Assembly (NCBI RefSeq): GCF_000143415.4
Contig: NW_003314364.1
Coordinates: 531,857-595,856, forward strand
Source: Selaginella moellendorffii
Lineage: Eukaryota > Plantae > Lycopodiophyta
Direction: 5' to 3'
Length of the DNA: 64,000 bases
A program made the translations under genes and the position numbers. The stretch's first letter is position 1, and every line of letters begins with the position of its first letter. This document shows positions 27,104-40,200 of this stretch, piece after piece. The notes under the pieces are model-generated. The model worked only from the letters and a program-made list of their open reading frames with translations, searched no databases and was not told where the DNA came from.

Positions 27104-27602
27104 ATCGGCCATTGTAGTTGGTGTAGGCTAGTTCTTCACCACAGCCACCTTGGATTTGTCTTGACACCCTTAGATGTCATAATATGGCCTAAATATTCCA
27201 CCTCCAACTTTACAAATTCATATTTGCTCTTTTTCGCATAAAGTTTGTTGTCACGAAGTAACAAAAAAACCTTGCAAAAATGCACCCTATGCTCCTCCAT
27301 ATTCTTGCTAAAAACAATAATATCATCCAAGAAAATCTCCACAAACTCATGAAGATAATGCCCAAATGCCTCCGTCATCAACCGAGTAAATGTAGCTAGT
27401 GCATTCGTCAAACCAAATGGCATAACTGTAAACTCAAAATGCCCGAAACTTGTGTTGAATGCTATCTTGGAGATAGATGCATCATCCATTGCAATCTAAT
27501 GATATCCACTCCTCAGATCAATCTTGGTAAACACTCGTGCTTCACCAAGCTTTTCTAAGATATCATCCATACATGGCATCGGCATCTTATCCTTAGTTAC
27601 AT
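27104..27602 (-). pseudogene. Inverted core of the reverse transcriptase of the 24910-35069 element
   Basis: Plus-strand RT ends at CIDYHALNK. The minus strand gives KDKMPMP...DLRSGY...MPFGLTNA...FLDDII...YLGH. The plus strand resumes FFGMASYY. Confidence 0.85.
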
Positions 27603-29732
27603 AGTTTCTTTGGAATGGCTAGTTACTACCAACGTTTCCAGCATAAATTTGCAGAGGTGGTTATTCCTTTGACATGGTTGTTGCACAAGAACATGCTATT
27701 CGAGTGGAAGAAGCAATAAGAGGAGAATTTTGTGGCACTGAAAAGATTGTTGAGCAAGGCTTTAGTGCTTCACATTGCTAATCCATCAAAAACTTATGAG
27801 GTGACATACGATGTGAGTGGTTATGCACTAGGAGGAGTTCTCATGCAAGAGGGACTGCCTATTGCATATGAGAGTCAAACTTTGAATCCCACAGAGCAAC
27901 GCTATTTCACATATAAACAAGAGTTACTCTCTATTGTTCATGCTTTGTAGACGTGGCGGCACTATCTTTATGGTGCAGTGTTTGTGGTGTTGACGGATCA
28001 CAAACCACTTGTGTATCTTTTCATATAGAAGGAGTTGAACACTAGGCAAGCTCATCAGATGGTCAAACTCATGGAGTTTGGGGAGTTTCTTATTGAGGAT
28101 TGTTTGGGAAAATCAAATATGGTGGTGGATGCCTTATCTCGTGTTCTTCATATGATAACATTATAAACACAGTTTTGTCATCATTTGAGTAAGGTGGTCA
28201 ATGAATTTGGGCAATTGGTTGAGTGTGCTTAGGCTCAAGATGTTGAGGTGGCCTCTTTGCAAGACCAGATGGAAGCCCCATTTTTATTGGTGGATGGGAT
28301 TCTCTACTATAATGGCCGTGTATATTTACCATGGGTGGATGCATTAATTACTCAAGTTTTATCCATTATCATGATCATCCAGAAGCCGGTTATTTTTGGG
28401 GGAAGAAGACGTATGAGTTGATTAAGTGCAATTTTTATTGGAGGATTATAAAGGCTGATATCCTCAAGTATTGTAAATTATGTGAGCTCTGTCAGTGGGT
28501 TAAGGTGCCACGGGAGAAGCCAGAGGGACTTTTGCAACCTTTACCTATTCCTCAGAGCTGTTGGTGTTGTATCTCTATGGACTTCATCATTGTTTGCCAC
28601 GAACACAGAGGCAAAAGGAGTAAGTATAGGTTATAGTGGATCGGTTGCCAAAGTATATGTTTTGGTTTGCCAAAGGACATCATTAGTGATCGAGATTCAA
28701 AATTCACAAGTGGATTTTGGAAAAGCTTTGCAAAGGCTATACAAGTGACTTTGAAACTCTCAAGTGGAGATTATCCTTAGATGGATGGGCAAATCAAGTG
28801 TATGAATCATGTGGTGGAGCATATGCTATGTTGTAGCGTTGGTCAAAGGCAAGGATAGTGGGATCTATATCTTTCGTTGGTGCAATTCACTTATAACCAT
28901 AGCCAATATAGTAGAACTAAGCTAAGTCCTTACTTTGCCATGTTTGAAAGGCATCCCCGAACAACGGTGGATTTGGGATTGCATTTGAGTAAGGACATTC
29001 AAGATAAGTGTAAGGAACAAACTCTCCAAGGTGTCGTAGGCTAAAGGATCCCCGAAAGCATGACCAAAATGATAAAGAGTTCATCGGATGGGACCAAGTT
29101 GAAGATCAAGTCCAAGACTGACTCTGAGACTGAGTTCGAGATAGAGTCCGGGATCGAGTCCGAGGCCAAATTGGAGACTGAGTTTGAGATCGAGTCCGAA
29201 ATCCAAATCGGGTCGAGTCCAAAGTCGAGTCCGAAATCGGGTCCGAGATCGGGTCCGGTAGAGGTACCCATACCGGGCTGTTAGGCCACGGTGTTTCACC
29301 CCAGCGTCCCGAAGCAAGTGTTGCACCCAAGATTTGGGATTTAGAGGGTCCCATGATCAAGTCTTGTGGTACCAAGGGGTGTTAGGAACCTGGAGGCTTG
29401 GTGTGCTTGGTTGCTTGTGCCTGTGGGGAGTGTAGCCGAACCTTAAGTCTAGTCTAACCTAGGGAGGGGGATTGGGAGAGATTTGGGAATCCGTGGATGG
29501 ATGGCTAATGCTCCATTGCTCGTGCAGTGAGTAGTTGAAACCAAGTAAGACCAAGTAGGAGCTGATACCATAAGCAGGAACCTTAGTGAAGGAACTTAGG
29601 AAAAGCCAAGGCAATGTTGGATGGATAGACGAGGTAAGTTGGCAAATTGGAAAGGAAAAATTTGTGGCTTACAATTTGGTAGCAAAGCCTTTTCCTCAGT
29701 TCTAGCGAAGGATAGAGGCGAATTGCTGGGAG

Positions 29733-32700
29733 ATGGCAAAGGTAGGGCGGAAACGAACCAAGGTGGAGATAGAACCTCCTCTAGAGCTGGAGCCTCTGGT
29801 CGAACAAGAGGCTATGGATGAGGAATCCTTGCATGAGGAGGACTCCAGTGAAGAAACTTCCAAACAGGAGTCCGATAGTGAGGTGCGGTCATCCAAGGCT
29901 CGATTGGACATTCTAGAAGGACAATTAGCACAAAACAATGCTCTGCTAGAGACTGTTGTATGCAAGCTAAAGTGTGATGAGAAGCGGAAGAAAAAGCAAA
30001 AGACTGCGGATGCTAGCAGCGCAGAAGGTGCGGACCCTCATCGGTAGGGACTGAGGTAGAACCAAACAAGGTCGAACAGACCGAAGTGGAATCAGTCCGT
30101 CAGGTAGTTCCCAAGTACAAACCAAAGCCCCCACCGGTCTTCAAGGGAGTGAACGACTATAAGGTGGTGGAGGATTGGTTTTATGATATGGAGGACTACT
30201 TCCGAGCGTTGTGATTACCGAGCTCGGAGAAGGTCCCACGTGCAAAACCATACTTGGCAGATAATGCCAAGTCTTGGTGGAGAATGATAGAGGCCAATGA
30301 AGGACTGGTGGCCACTTGGGACATGATGAAGGCGAGGATCCACGCGACTTACGTTCCTCCGAATGCTACTCTACATCTAAGAGACGAGCTAAGTAGGCTG
30401 AAGTAGAATGGAACCATTCAGGAGTATGTGAATGGGTTTATGGCAAAGAGGATACTTGTCATGGACATGGGGATATGGATGCGTTCCATGCTTTCATATC
30501 GGGCTTGCAAACTTGGGCTCGTGGCGAGGTGATGCGTTGGAACCCGACCAATTACAAAGAAGCGTTGGATACGGCTATCAAGGTGCATTTCAACGATAAC
30601 CTGCGAAAGGGGAACACGACGGGGTCGGTGTCCACATTTAGCAAAGGGGCCAAACCAAGGGGAACATATAGCAAAGGAAAATTCAAGAAGAGTTTCTCTA
30701 AGAATGAGTCCTCGGGGTTCCGGAAAGGCAAATCTGGTGGCCAGTGAGCAAGTACATGGGGGAGTCAAGCAAAAAGAGACAAACTTACGGATAAAATAGT
30801 TAAGTCGTTTAGCAGTGTGGGAAATAACGTATGCTACAACTACGGTGAAGCGGGACACTTTTCGAGGGAATGTCCCTACCCAAAGAAGGCCATAGCCAAT
30901 ATGGCCATTAAGTCGGGTGAAGTCCAAACTGAGGTATGTGATCCAGTCCCTAGCTCAAAGTTACTCATTACACGAGCAACTTTGGTAGGGAGTCGTTTGC
31001 GACATCTACTAGCCCTCCGAGGGAAGCTTGGAGGTAGCTTTAATAAGGTCCTTATTGACACGGGTGCTTCGGATAATTTTGTGGCTGCAGATATAGTCCG
31101 GCAAACCGGACTAACGGTGCAGCGGCTGGGCGAACCAAGGACTATAGAGTTTGTTCAAGGTAGCCAAAGCACCGAGGAGGTACTTCGACAAGCGAGAGTC
31201 GAAGTAAGGATTTGGAAAGTAGACATGGATTTTATCGTGTTAGACATGGCAGGATTTGACGTGATCTTCGAGATGGATTGGTTCAATCGGTTCGTGGTAG
31301 CCCTGCATGGACAAGGTAAGAACCTTGTGGTACTAGCGAATACCCAAGGAAGAAGATCCAGGGTGGAGGCCCAGGATCTAAAGGTAGGGGAATGCAAGGC
31401 CAAAGATTCGTGCCTAAACCTGGTGTCCACGAGAGGACAACTCACTAAAGGGACCAAGGCTGCATTTTTGTGCTTACTCTCGGTGAGGAGTGACAAAAAG
31501 ACAGGAACGAAAGAAGTACCTTTAGTGATCCAGTGGGTGTTGGACCAATTCCAGGATACCATACCGGAGGAGCTACCGGTGGGGTTGCCCCCCGCATGAC
31601 CGATAGAACATAAGATTGAGTTGGTCGAGGGTGCTGAGGCGGTGGTTCGTCCCCCCTATCGTTTGAACGAAAAAGAACTCACGGAGCTCAAGTGCCAACT
31701 AGAGGAGTTGGTGGACAAAGGTTATGTTAGGTTGAGCAAGTCGCCGTATGGGTGTAAGCTCCTGAGTTTGGACTTCCCGGGAGGTCACCCAGCCCAGTAC
31801 TATTCACACCCAAGGACGCTTAACCCCAAATATCCCAAGACCCTTAACCGATTGGAAAAGGGGGTGCACTCTTGTTCATGGGCCCTTTCCCTCTATATTT
31901 GAACCCCTATGGATCGTCTCTCAAGTCGTTCCCTTTGGTTGCTTACAATGGGGCACTGGTGCTATTTGTGAAAAAGAAAGATGGATCTATGCGTATGTGC
32001 ATAGACTACCGTTTGCCCAACAAGTATACAAAGAAGAACAAGGACCCTTTGCCAAGGATTGAGGACATGTTCGATAGGTTGGGAAAGGCAAAATACTTCT
32101 CGAGGATTGACCTAAGGTCAGGATACTACCAGATCAAGGTAGTAGAGGAAGATGTCAAGAAGACAACCTGTCGAACGAGGTATGGGAGCTTAGAGTTTCT
32201 AGTGATGCCCTTCAGGCTATGCAATGCGCGGGCAACATTTTCGGCACTGATGAACCATATCTTTGTACCCTATCTGGATCACTTTGTGGTCGTCTATATT
32301 GACGACATCCTGATCTATAGCGAAATGCTAGAGGAGCATGCCAAACACTTGACGAAGGTGTTTGAGAAACTAAGGGAACACCAGCTGTATGCTAAAGAGA
32401 GCAAATGTGACTTTGCTCAGCAAGAGGTAAAGTTTCTCGGGCATGTGGTGGGCAAGGACAGACTCAAGGTGGACCCTAAGAAGGTCCAAGCGATCTAGGA
32501 TTGGGAGCGACAATCGAATGTACATGAGTTCAGGGCATTCTTGGGGCTATGCAACTACTATTGAAAGTTTATCAGACACTATTCGAGAGTAGTCCTGCCC
32601 TTAACGGACCAAACGGGAAAAGGGAAGATGGTAAGGACAGCGGAATGCGAGGCGGCATTTGTCCACCTCAAGGGGAAGTTGAGGAAGGCTCCCATGTTGG

Positions 32701-32960
32701 TGTTACCAGACTTTGGTAAGGACTTTGAGGTAGAAACAGATGCTTCAGACTTTGCGTTGGGCGTAATTTTGAAACAAAACAACCATCTAGTAGCGTTCTT
32801 CTCGAAGAAGTTGGACAAGGCTCAACGGAAGTGGCCTGCTCATGAGAAGGAATAGTTTGCGGTGGTCAAGGCGCTCAAGGAGTGGCGACATTACTTTGGG
32901 AGACACTTCAAGGTTTACACGGACAATGTGGCAACGAAACACTTTTTGTCACACCCGACC
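29733..32960 (+). pseudogene. gag-pol of the family B element (gag, zinc knuckle, protease, RT, RNase H; no integrase)
   Basis: KPPPVFKG...EDWF; CYNYGEAGHFSREC; LIDTGAS; DLRSGYYQ and YIDD; TDASDFALG. Several stops and an insertion at 31753. Confidence 0.88.
31753..31947 (-). mobile_element. Cassandra TRIM solo LTR carrying a 5S rRNA-derived domain
   Basis: Perfect TGTAAGC/GCTTACA termini and 5-bp TSD ATGGG (31748-31752, 31948-31952) that splits RT at SPYG|ALVLFV. 31770-31825 is the reverse complement of the 5S internal promoter region (GTTAAGCG...AGTACT.GG.TGGGTGACCTCCCGGGAAGTCC). Confidence 0.92.
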
Positions 32961-35531
32961 TGAGAGCATGGGTTAGCTAGGTCAACCAGGCATAGAGAAC
33001 TACGCCCGACTCCTTGCGGGGATGTCGAATCTGTAGACGTATTCTACGGAGGTTGGGTTCGAGTCCCAACCCCCTAGTAAAGCAAGGCTGGGTTCAAGTC
33101 CCGACCCCATACTAGGGCGTGGTGAGGTGAGGAGTATAGGGACACCTATATTCCGTTGTCATGGGCTTTTGGCCGGGGAGGCTAACTTAGGCACACCGCT
33201 AAGTGGGGGGATGCCCTTGGAGACATGGTCAACAAGTCATAGGATAAAAAAGAGACATTCAATGTGGGCATCGAACTTCTTCTATGGGTGGTGGAGTTCT
33301 AAGGAACCAACTCTCCAAGGTGTCGTAGGCTAAAAGATTCCTGAAAGCATGACCAAAATGACAAAGAGTTCATCGGATGGGACTGAGTCAAAGATCGAGT
33401 CCAAGACCGACTCTAAGACCGAGTTCGAGATAGAGTCCGGGATCGAGTCCGAGGCCGAATCAAAGACCGAGTTCAAGACCGAGTTCGAGACAGAGTCCGA
33501 GATCCAAATCAGGTCCGAGACCGAGTCCGAGGTCAAGTCCGAAGTTGAGTCCAAGATCGGGTCCGAGATCGAGTCCGAGATCGAGTCCGAGACTGAGTCC
33601 GAAGTCGGGTCCGAGATCGAGTTCGAGATCAAGTCCGAGACCGAGTCCAAGTACTAATATGGGTCAAGGGGTGAAAGCCCAAAGCGTGCGTCTCCCGGGG
33701 AGGGAGGGGCTGCAGGGGGTTCCAAAAGTATAGTAGGGATAGTGAGGTCTAGGAACCAGTCTTGAAGAAACTCTCTAGTGGTGCTTCCAAACTGACTTAA
33801 GGTTGAGACTGGGGCCGAGGGGCCTTGGGTGGGAATGAGCAGGGACTTGGGTGGTGCCGGAGGGGCCACCCCAGGAAGTGCTCAAGAGCAGCTCCCACTC
33901 CCGAAAAGGAAATTGACTACGGTGCTCCTGGCTCATGTGGAGTGGTGCCCCACTTGAGTACCATGCGGCTCATTGGTCCTCACCCTTCCTTCGGGATGGA
34001 AGTGGGGGGGTAGAGGTACCCATACCAGGCCGTTAGGCCATAGTGTTTCGCCCCAGCATCCCGAAGCAAGTGTTGCACCCAAGACTTGGGATTTAGAGGG
34101 TCCCATGGTCAAGTCTTGTGGTACCAAGGGGTGTTAGGAACCTGGAGGTTTGGTGTGCTTAGCTACTTGTGCCTGTGGGGAGTGTAGCCGAACCTTAAGT
34201 CTAGTCTAACCCGGGGAGGGGATTGGGAGAGATTTGGGAATCCATGGATGGATGGCTAACGCTCCGTTGCTCATGCAGTGAGTAGTTGAAACCAAGTAGG
34301 ACCAAGTAGGTACCATAGGCGGGAACCTTGGTGAAGGAACTTAGCAAAAGCCAAGGCAGTGTTGGACAGATAGATGAGGTAAGTTGGCAAATTGGAAAGG
34401 AAAAATTTGTGGCTTACAATAAGCTTGATTCAGAGGTGACTGAATTGGCCACAGAACTTGATGAGATTCTGGTGGTGTGCAAATGAAATTTGTAGGTAGC
34501 TTAGGATAGAGCAGAGAATTTTGCTAATGAGCATAACCAATTCTAGGAATATAAGGTGGGTGATGTCGTCTTTGTGCGAGTGATCGTTCCGTCAAGTGAG
34601 TGGTGGAACACCTTGATGCCTTTACGGACAGGCATGGCTGCCAGTTGAGGTGAAAATTCTTTGGTATTTTATGTTAGAAAGTTGAAAGGTGTACTATCTT
34701 GGAGTGACGGGCCCAATGCCTCCTTGATGTATGCAGTTGTGGAAGATGGACCAGGAGCTTGAGCAAAGTTCCCTAGAAAGGGTGATCATCGGTACAACTT
34801 GTCCTTGGGACAAGGACTTTGTTGGGGGGGAAGAATTGTTAGATGCCAGCTTTAACCATGTAGTCAACATCAGTCAAAGGGAGGCTCAAGGGTATATTAA
34901 GGCATGTTAGAGTAAAAGACTTAACCTACCCTAGAGGTCATAGTAGAGTGGCAGTGCAGTGGAGCTTTTGAGGTAGCTCGGGGGTGGTTGCGTGGTGAGG
35001 AACCTCAAGAGGTGGTGTAGCATAATCAAGGCCAACTAGATCTTGGTCTTTTTGCACCGGATCATAATATATGCCTTTAGAATATTCCTACCCCACTCGT
35101 CAACCATGAGAATTGAACTGGGCTCTGATACCAATGTTAAGATCCTATCTCTTACACCCTAAACCAACTAACTAAAGGGGTGATCACTTGATTGTAAGGC
35201 CCTTTCTTTATCTTATTATCCTGATCTGGTGCCTAAAAATTTCGCATGCCCAGCATGTTCCTTGAATTGCCTAATTCTCCATCACCTTCTAGAATGGTAC
35301 TGTAAAAAAAAGTGAAAGATAGTGCTATATGAAAGAAAAAAAGATGGAAATGAACATATAAAGTTTATCTACCAACAGAGACATATTAAACATACAAATC
35401 AGAATATTTAAAAGGAAGATCATTAGTGTCCTCCAGTTCTTGAGCTTCATTCAATCAACCCTTTTATTTTACAAAGCACAAAGCTAAGGAAAATATAAAA
35501 AGAATACACACCTTGTATTTCTAGAGGTTAG

Positions 35532-37294
35532 TGTAATGGAGTAATTTTTTCATTCTACTTTAGTCACTTAATTGCACATTTGACCCCTTAAGGGAGTTTC
35601 ACTCACCAACTCTATAAATCTTATTCCTGACTTAGGAACTTGCTAGTTCATTGAATGGCCTCTATGCCACTCAACTTTTGCATTTGGTCCAAGTGCTCCA
35701 TGTGTCCGTTCCCATGACCGACACTTAAAGGTACCACTAACCTATCAGCCTGTTGTCCATTCACCTTTGTCTCATTGGTAGTCCAAGACTACCTATACCA
35801 TAGTCCCATCTCTTAAAGACTGAACCATCCATCCATAAGTGGTCATCCTACAACACCACGTTAGCATCATTAGAATGCCCAAAGACATAGGTGTGAAACA
35901 TAAAATCCTTAAGCCCCAAAGTGGAGCCAAAAGAGTGCCATGTGGTATAGGTTGAGGCAAAAGCCAAATGAGCATAACACATTTAAACTAAAATCTCCGA
36001 CTCAAAAAGTCGAGAGCGGGAGTGGAACTCCCCACAAAGGGCTCAAGAAATGAGCATGAAGCGAGCAATGAGTGAGTCTTTAGAAAAGAGACGCAAAAGG
36101 ACCAAGACATGACACGTGGAGTTCAAGATGAAGTCTGAGATGGACCTAAGATGAAGTCTGAGATGGAGTTCGAGATGGAACCGAGATCGAGTTTGAGATG
36201 GACCCAAGATGGAGTTTGAGATGGAGGCCGAGATAGACCGAAGATGGAGTCTGAGATGGACTTGAGATAGAGTCTGAGATGGAACCGAGATGGAGTCTGA
36301 GATAAATCCAAGATGGAGTCCGAGATAGAGTCCGAGATGAACCCGAGATGGAGTCCAAGATGGAGTCTAAGATGGACATGAGATGGAGTCTAAGATGAAC
36401 CTGAGATAGACTCTGAGATGGAGTTTGAAAGGGAGACAAAGACCAAGACTGAGACAGAGACCGAGACTAAGTCCGAGACTGAGTCTAAGTTTGAGTTTGA
36501 GTTTGAGTCTGAATACTAATATAGGTCGTTGGGTGAAAGCCCAAAGCAATCATCCCCTAGGGGGGTAGGGGACAGCCAGCTCTAGCTCCCCTAGGAGATC
36601 AAATGGTTGATGCTCCCAATACAAGTGTGGGTGGCACTACCTACTTGGATACTTGGCATAGCTCATTGGAACCTCATTTTAGCCACCTAGCCAGGGAACA
36701 TAAAAGCAGATTGTGGGAAGAGTACCCACAAGGCTCGCGTAGAACCATGATGTTTTGAAATGTCATCCCAAAGTCCCAGACTGTGGAAAGGAAAAGGGGC
36801 AGGCCATTTGTGTGGTGACTAAGGATGTGGTCACATAGTGAGGAAGTCCTAGAGGAAAGTGGGACTTAGTGGTTGGGCCTGTAGGCCTTGATATAGTGGC
36901 AATGTTGGCAAACAAGGCCATAGATAGAAAGGGACTTGGTGGGGACTGAAAAAGGGATATTGAGGAAAGCCATTCCCCATGTCTGTGGCCATCCTAAGGA
37001 TGCTAAGGAGTGGATTTGGGATGATCACTCATAGACAGATGGCCCAATCTTTGAGAGACAAGACAGTGATATAGGTGGTGTTGGATCATCAGTGTGACAA
37101 ATGCGAATGGGCATGGCCTTAGTGTAACAGAATGATATATCATGGTACCTTTGAGTGTCAATTATGGGATCAGACACATGGAGCAATCAAAGGTTGAGTA
37201 GCATGAATGCCATTCTCGGGGTTAGCAAGCCTCAAGTTCAGAATAGTATTTATGGAGGTTGTGAGGAAGACTCCTCCAAATGGTCAGAGGTGTG
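35532..37294. mobile_element. Family A LTR pieces: a minus-strand LTR end (35532-35891) followed by a plus-strand LTR (35892-37294) lacking its last 40 bp or so
   Basis: TGTGAAACATAAAATCC start at 35892; satellite arrays; interrupted at GAGGTGTG. Confidence 0.8.
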
Positions 37295-40200
37295 TGTGAG
37301 ACAAAATCCCTAGCCCCCAAATTGGAGCCGGAAGGGTGCCACATGGAAGTGGCCGAGGTGAAGGCCAAACAAGTGTAACATGTTTGGACTAAAAGCTCCG
37401 ACTTGAAATGTCCAGAGCAGGAGTGGAACTCTCAACGAAGTGCTCGAGAAACAAGCACGAAGTGAGCGATAAAGGAGTCTCTAGAAAAGGGACACAAGAG
37501 GACCCGAGATGGAGTCCGAGATGGACCCACAATGGAGTCCGAGATGGACTCGAGATGGAGTCCGATATCAACCCGATATGGACCCGAGATGGAGTCCGAG
37601 ATGGACCTAAGATGGAGTCTGAGATGGAGCCTGAGATGGACCCGAGATGGAGTCCAAGATGGAGTCCGAGATGGAATCCAAGATGGAGTCCGAGAAGGGC
37701 CCGAGATGGAGTCTGAAGTCAAGATCGAGATCGAGACCGAGACCAGGACTGAGACCAAGACCGAGACTGGGACCAAGACCGAGACTGAGACCAAGCCCGA
37801 GCCTGAGACTGAGCCCTAGACCGAGCCCGAGCCCGAGCCCAAGTCCAAGTCTGAGTCCGAGTCTGAGTCCGAGTCTAAGTTTGAGTCTGAGGGGGTGAAA
37901 GCCCAAAGCATTCATCTCCCAGACTCTGGGGGGTTTGGTGAGCTCCAAAAGTGTAGTAGGGGGAGGACTCCAATGGAGCTAGTTTGGCCAGGAAAGGCCA
38001 GTTTGTCCTAGGAAGGCTGTACCCAGGTGTTGGGTGATAGGATAACCACTGGGAAGTCCAAAGTTAGAGTGAATATGGACTGATAAGTGGGGTAACTTGG
38101 TGAAGTGTTCAAGAGTCGGCTCTAATTGCTCCAGGAGATCAAATGGTTGATGCTCCTAGTCCAAGTGTGGGTGGCACTACCTACTTGGATACCTGGCATA
38201 GCTCAACAGAACTTCCCAAAGGCCCAGATTGTGAAAAGGAAGAAAGGTAATCCTTTGGTGTAGTGACCAAAGATACAGTCGTGTGGCGAGGAAGTCCCAG
38301 AGGACTGTAGGACTTAGTGGTCAGGCCTGTGGGCCTCGATCTAATGGCAATGTTGGCAAACACGGCCATAGGCAGAAAGGGACTTGTTGGGGACTGGAAA
38401 AGGGATATTGGGGAAGTCTATTCCCCATGCCTGCGGGCATCCTAAGGATGCTAAAGAGTGGATTTGGGATGATCACTCGTGGACGAATGGCACAAGCTTT
38501 GAGAGATGGGACTGTGATGTAGGTGGTGTTAGACCACCGGTGTGACCAAGGTAAATGGGCATAGCCTTAGTGTAGCAGGCTGATAGGTTGGTGGTACCTT
38601 GGGATGTCGGTCATGGGATCAAACACGTGGAGCACTTGAACCAAGTGCAATGGTTAAGTGGCATGGATGCCATTCTTGGGGCTAGCAAGTCCCTAAGTCC
38701 AAAATAAGACTTATAGAGGTTGTGAGTGAGACTCCTCCAAGTGGTCGGAGGTGTGGTTAAGTGACTAAAGTAGAATGGAAAATTTAGTCGCTTACAACTT
38801 GGTATCGGAGCTGTTCCTTAGTCTGACTTTTATTGGTGCTGAAGTATATCACCACGGCCTTGGAAGGTCCTAGGAGTGGGCCTATCCTTGAGGAGTAGCA
38901 GGTCGGGAAGACATGGCTCTCCACTATAGTTCATGTGTGAACTTGTAGGTGAGGTAGTGGATAGAAAAGGGCCAATGATGGAACATCTTTGGGATCTTGG
39001 GAACAATATAAGGTTTCCTCAGTGAGCTGAGGATATGATCTAGATGAACGTTTGACTTAGCAAACTAATTAATATAGTTGTGGTAAACAACTATAGTTGG
39101 GATCATAGAAAAGATAAAGACTCCAAAACAATAAAGGAGTCACAAGATTATCCTCATATAGTTAAGGTTGGTGCTCATGAATTTGAGACCGGAATTAATG
39201 ACTATGAGAGGGGTCAAATACGGACGAGGACACAAGTCCTTGAAATAGTAACTAGGGCTACCTTTTATAAATGCTGGACCAAACCCAAGGAGTTGGGGGT
39301 GTGCTCAAGGATGAGTCGGTATTCTCATCATATGGATGGATAGTCCTAAGGGGCAAAGGCAACCCATAGGGAACGGAAAATAATCAAGTGTCAGAGTAAT
39401 ATTTGCATGCGTGGTCCTTATAGGTAGGACATGAATACAAGAAGCTGTATTCTAACAAGCTGGCACCTCAAAATGGGACCTTATACGTCGTCGATTAGTG
39501 AGGTCCAAAAAGGTTGAATGACTTAAGTAGAGTCAAGGAATGGTCCTAAAGGACTGATGGAAGCATTTGGACTGAGGTGTGTTGTGCCCCACGGAAGATG
39601 GGGAGGATCATAAGATCCAAATATGAGAATAGTGGGTATCTCATAGGTGGCAGAATATGTTATACTAAAGTCGTGGGAAAAGTGTTACCAAAAGAAGCAA
39701 CTTTGGTGCAGAGTTGTGTGCGAACACTATGGTGTAGTGTTAACGGATAGTTGGCATGAGAAACGACTGGGTTGGTCTAGGCAAAAACCTAGACACAAGT
39801 GCAAAGTGTCATAAACGTAGACTCATGGAGCCGATGGTGTGGAGACACCAAATGTGCCAAGGTGTGATACCTTGAGGTTATGTTGATAGGTTCATGAGAA
39901 CCCTTTGCTAAGGGAATCCCAATGGAAATAGGAATGGCATAACCTAAGCTGGAAGGCATACAGTTGGAGTGTGGTGACCCAGATAATGATGGAAGTGTGG
40001 AAGCACTAAGCAATGAGTTGTAAGACTTAACAACTATGGGGCAACTAAGCAAGAAGTGCAAAATAATTGGTCAAAATGGGTAGAAGGTAGTTACCCAAGA
40101 CTTTTTAATGGCATAAGGAAGTTAGATATACCCTTACAGGGGATAAATTGTTTATGTTGCGATATAGTGAGTCAATGTCAAAAAAAGAAATGCTCATTGT

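Larger units (their letters stand above)
29009..34418 (+). mobile_element. Ty3/Gypsy LTR retrotransposon (family B) lacking integrase; LTRs 29009-29673 and 33298-34418
   Basis: 5-bp TSD ATAAG (29004-29008, 34419-34423), TG...CA ends, PBS TGGTAGCAAAGC at 29677 and PPT TATGGGTGGTGGAGT before 33298. The 5' LTR has a deletion of about 450 bp. Confidence 0.92.
24910..35069 (+). mobile_element. Decayed Ty3/Gypsy LTR retrotransposon (host of the 29009-34418 insertion); LTRs 24910-25142 and 34837-35069
   Basis: Direct repeats of about 233 bp starting TGTTAG, a degenerate Met PBS at about 25143 and a PPT GGGGGGGAAGAAT before 34837. Order is gag (CHHCDKLGHYKADC), PR (LLDSGS), RT, RH, IN (LLQPLPIP, SMDF) with many stops. 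No TSD seen. Confidence 0.85.

Noticed and set aside
31770-31825. 5S rRNA gene
   Set aside because: Only about 55 nt of the internal region, embedded in an LTR with a TSD; this is Cassandra, not rDNA.
35122-35220. Reverse-complement Met PBS (GCTCTGATACCA) followed by TGTTAAG, suggesting another LTR element
   Set aside because: No second LTR or coding remnant could be delimited.
37295-38796. Hammerhead ribozyme (retrozyme) in family A LTRs
   Set aside because: A GAAA hairpin is present, but I found no CTGA(N)GA core with compatible stems.
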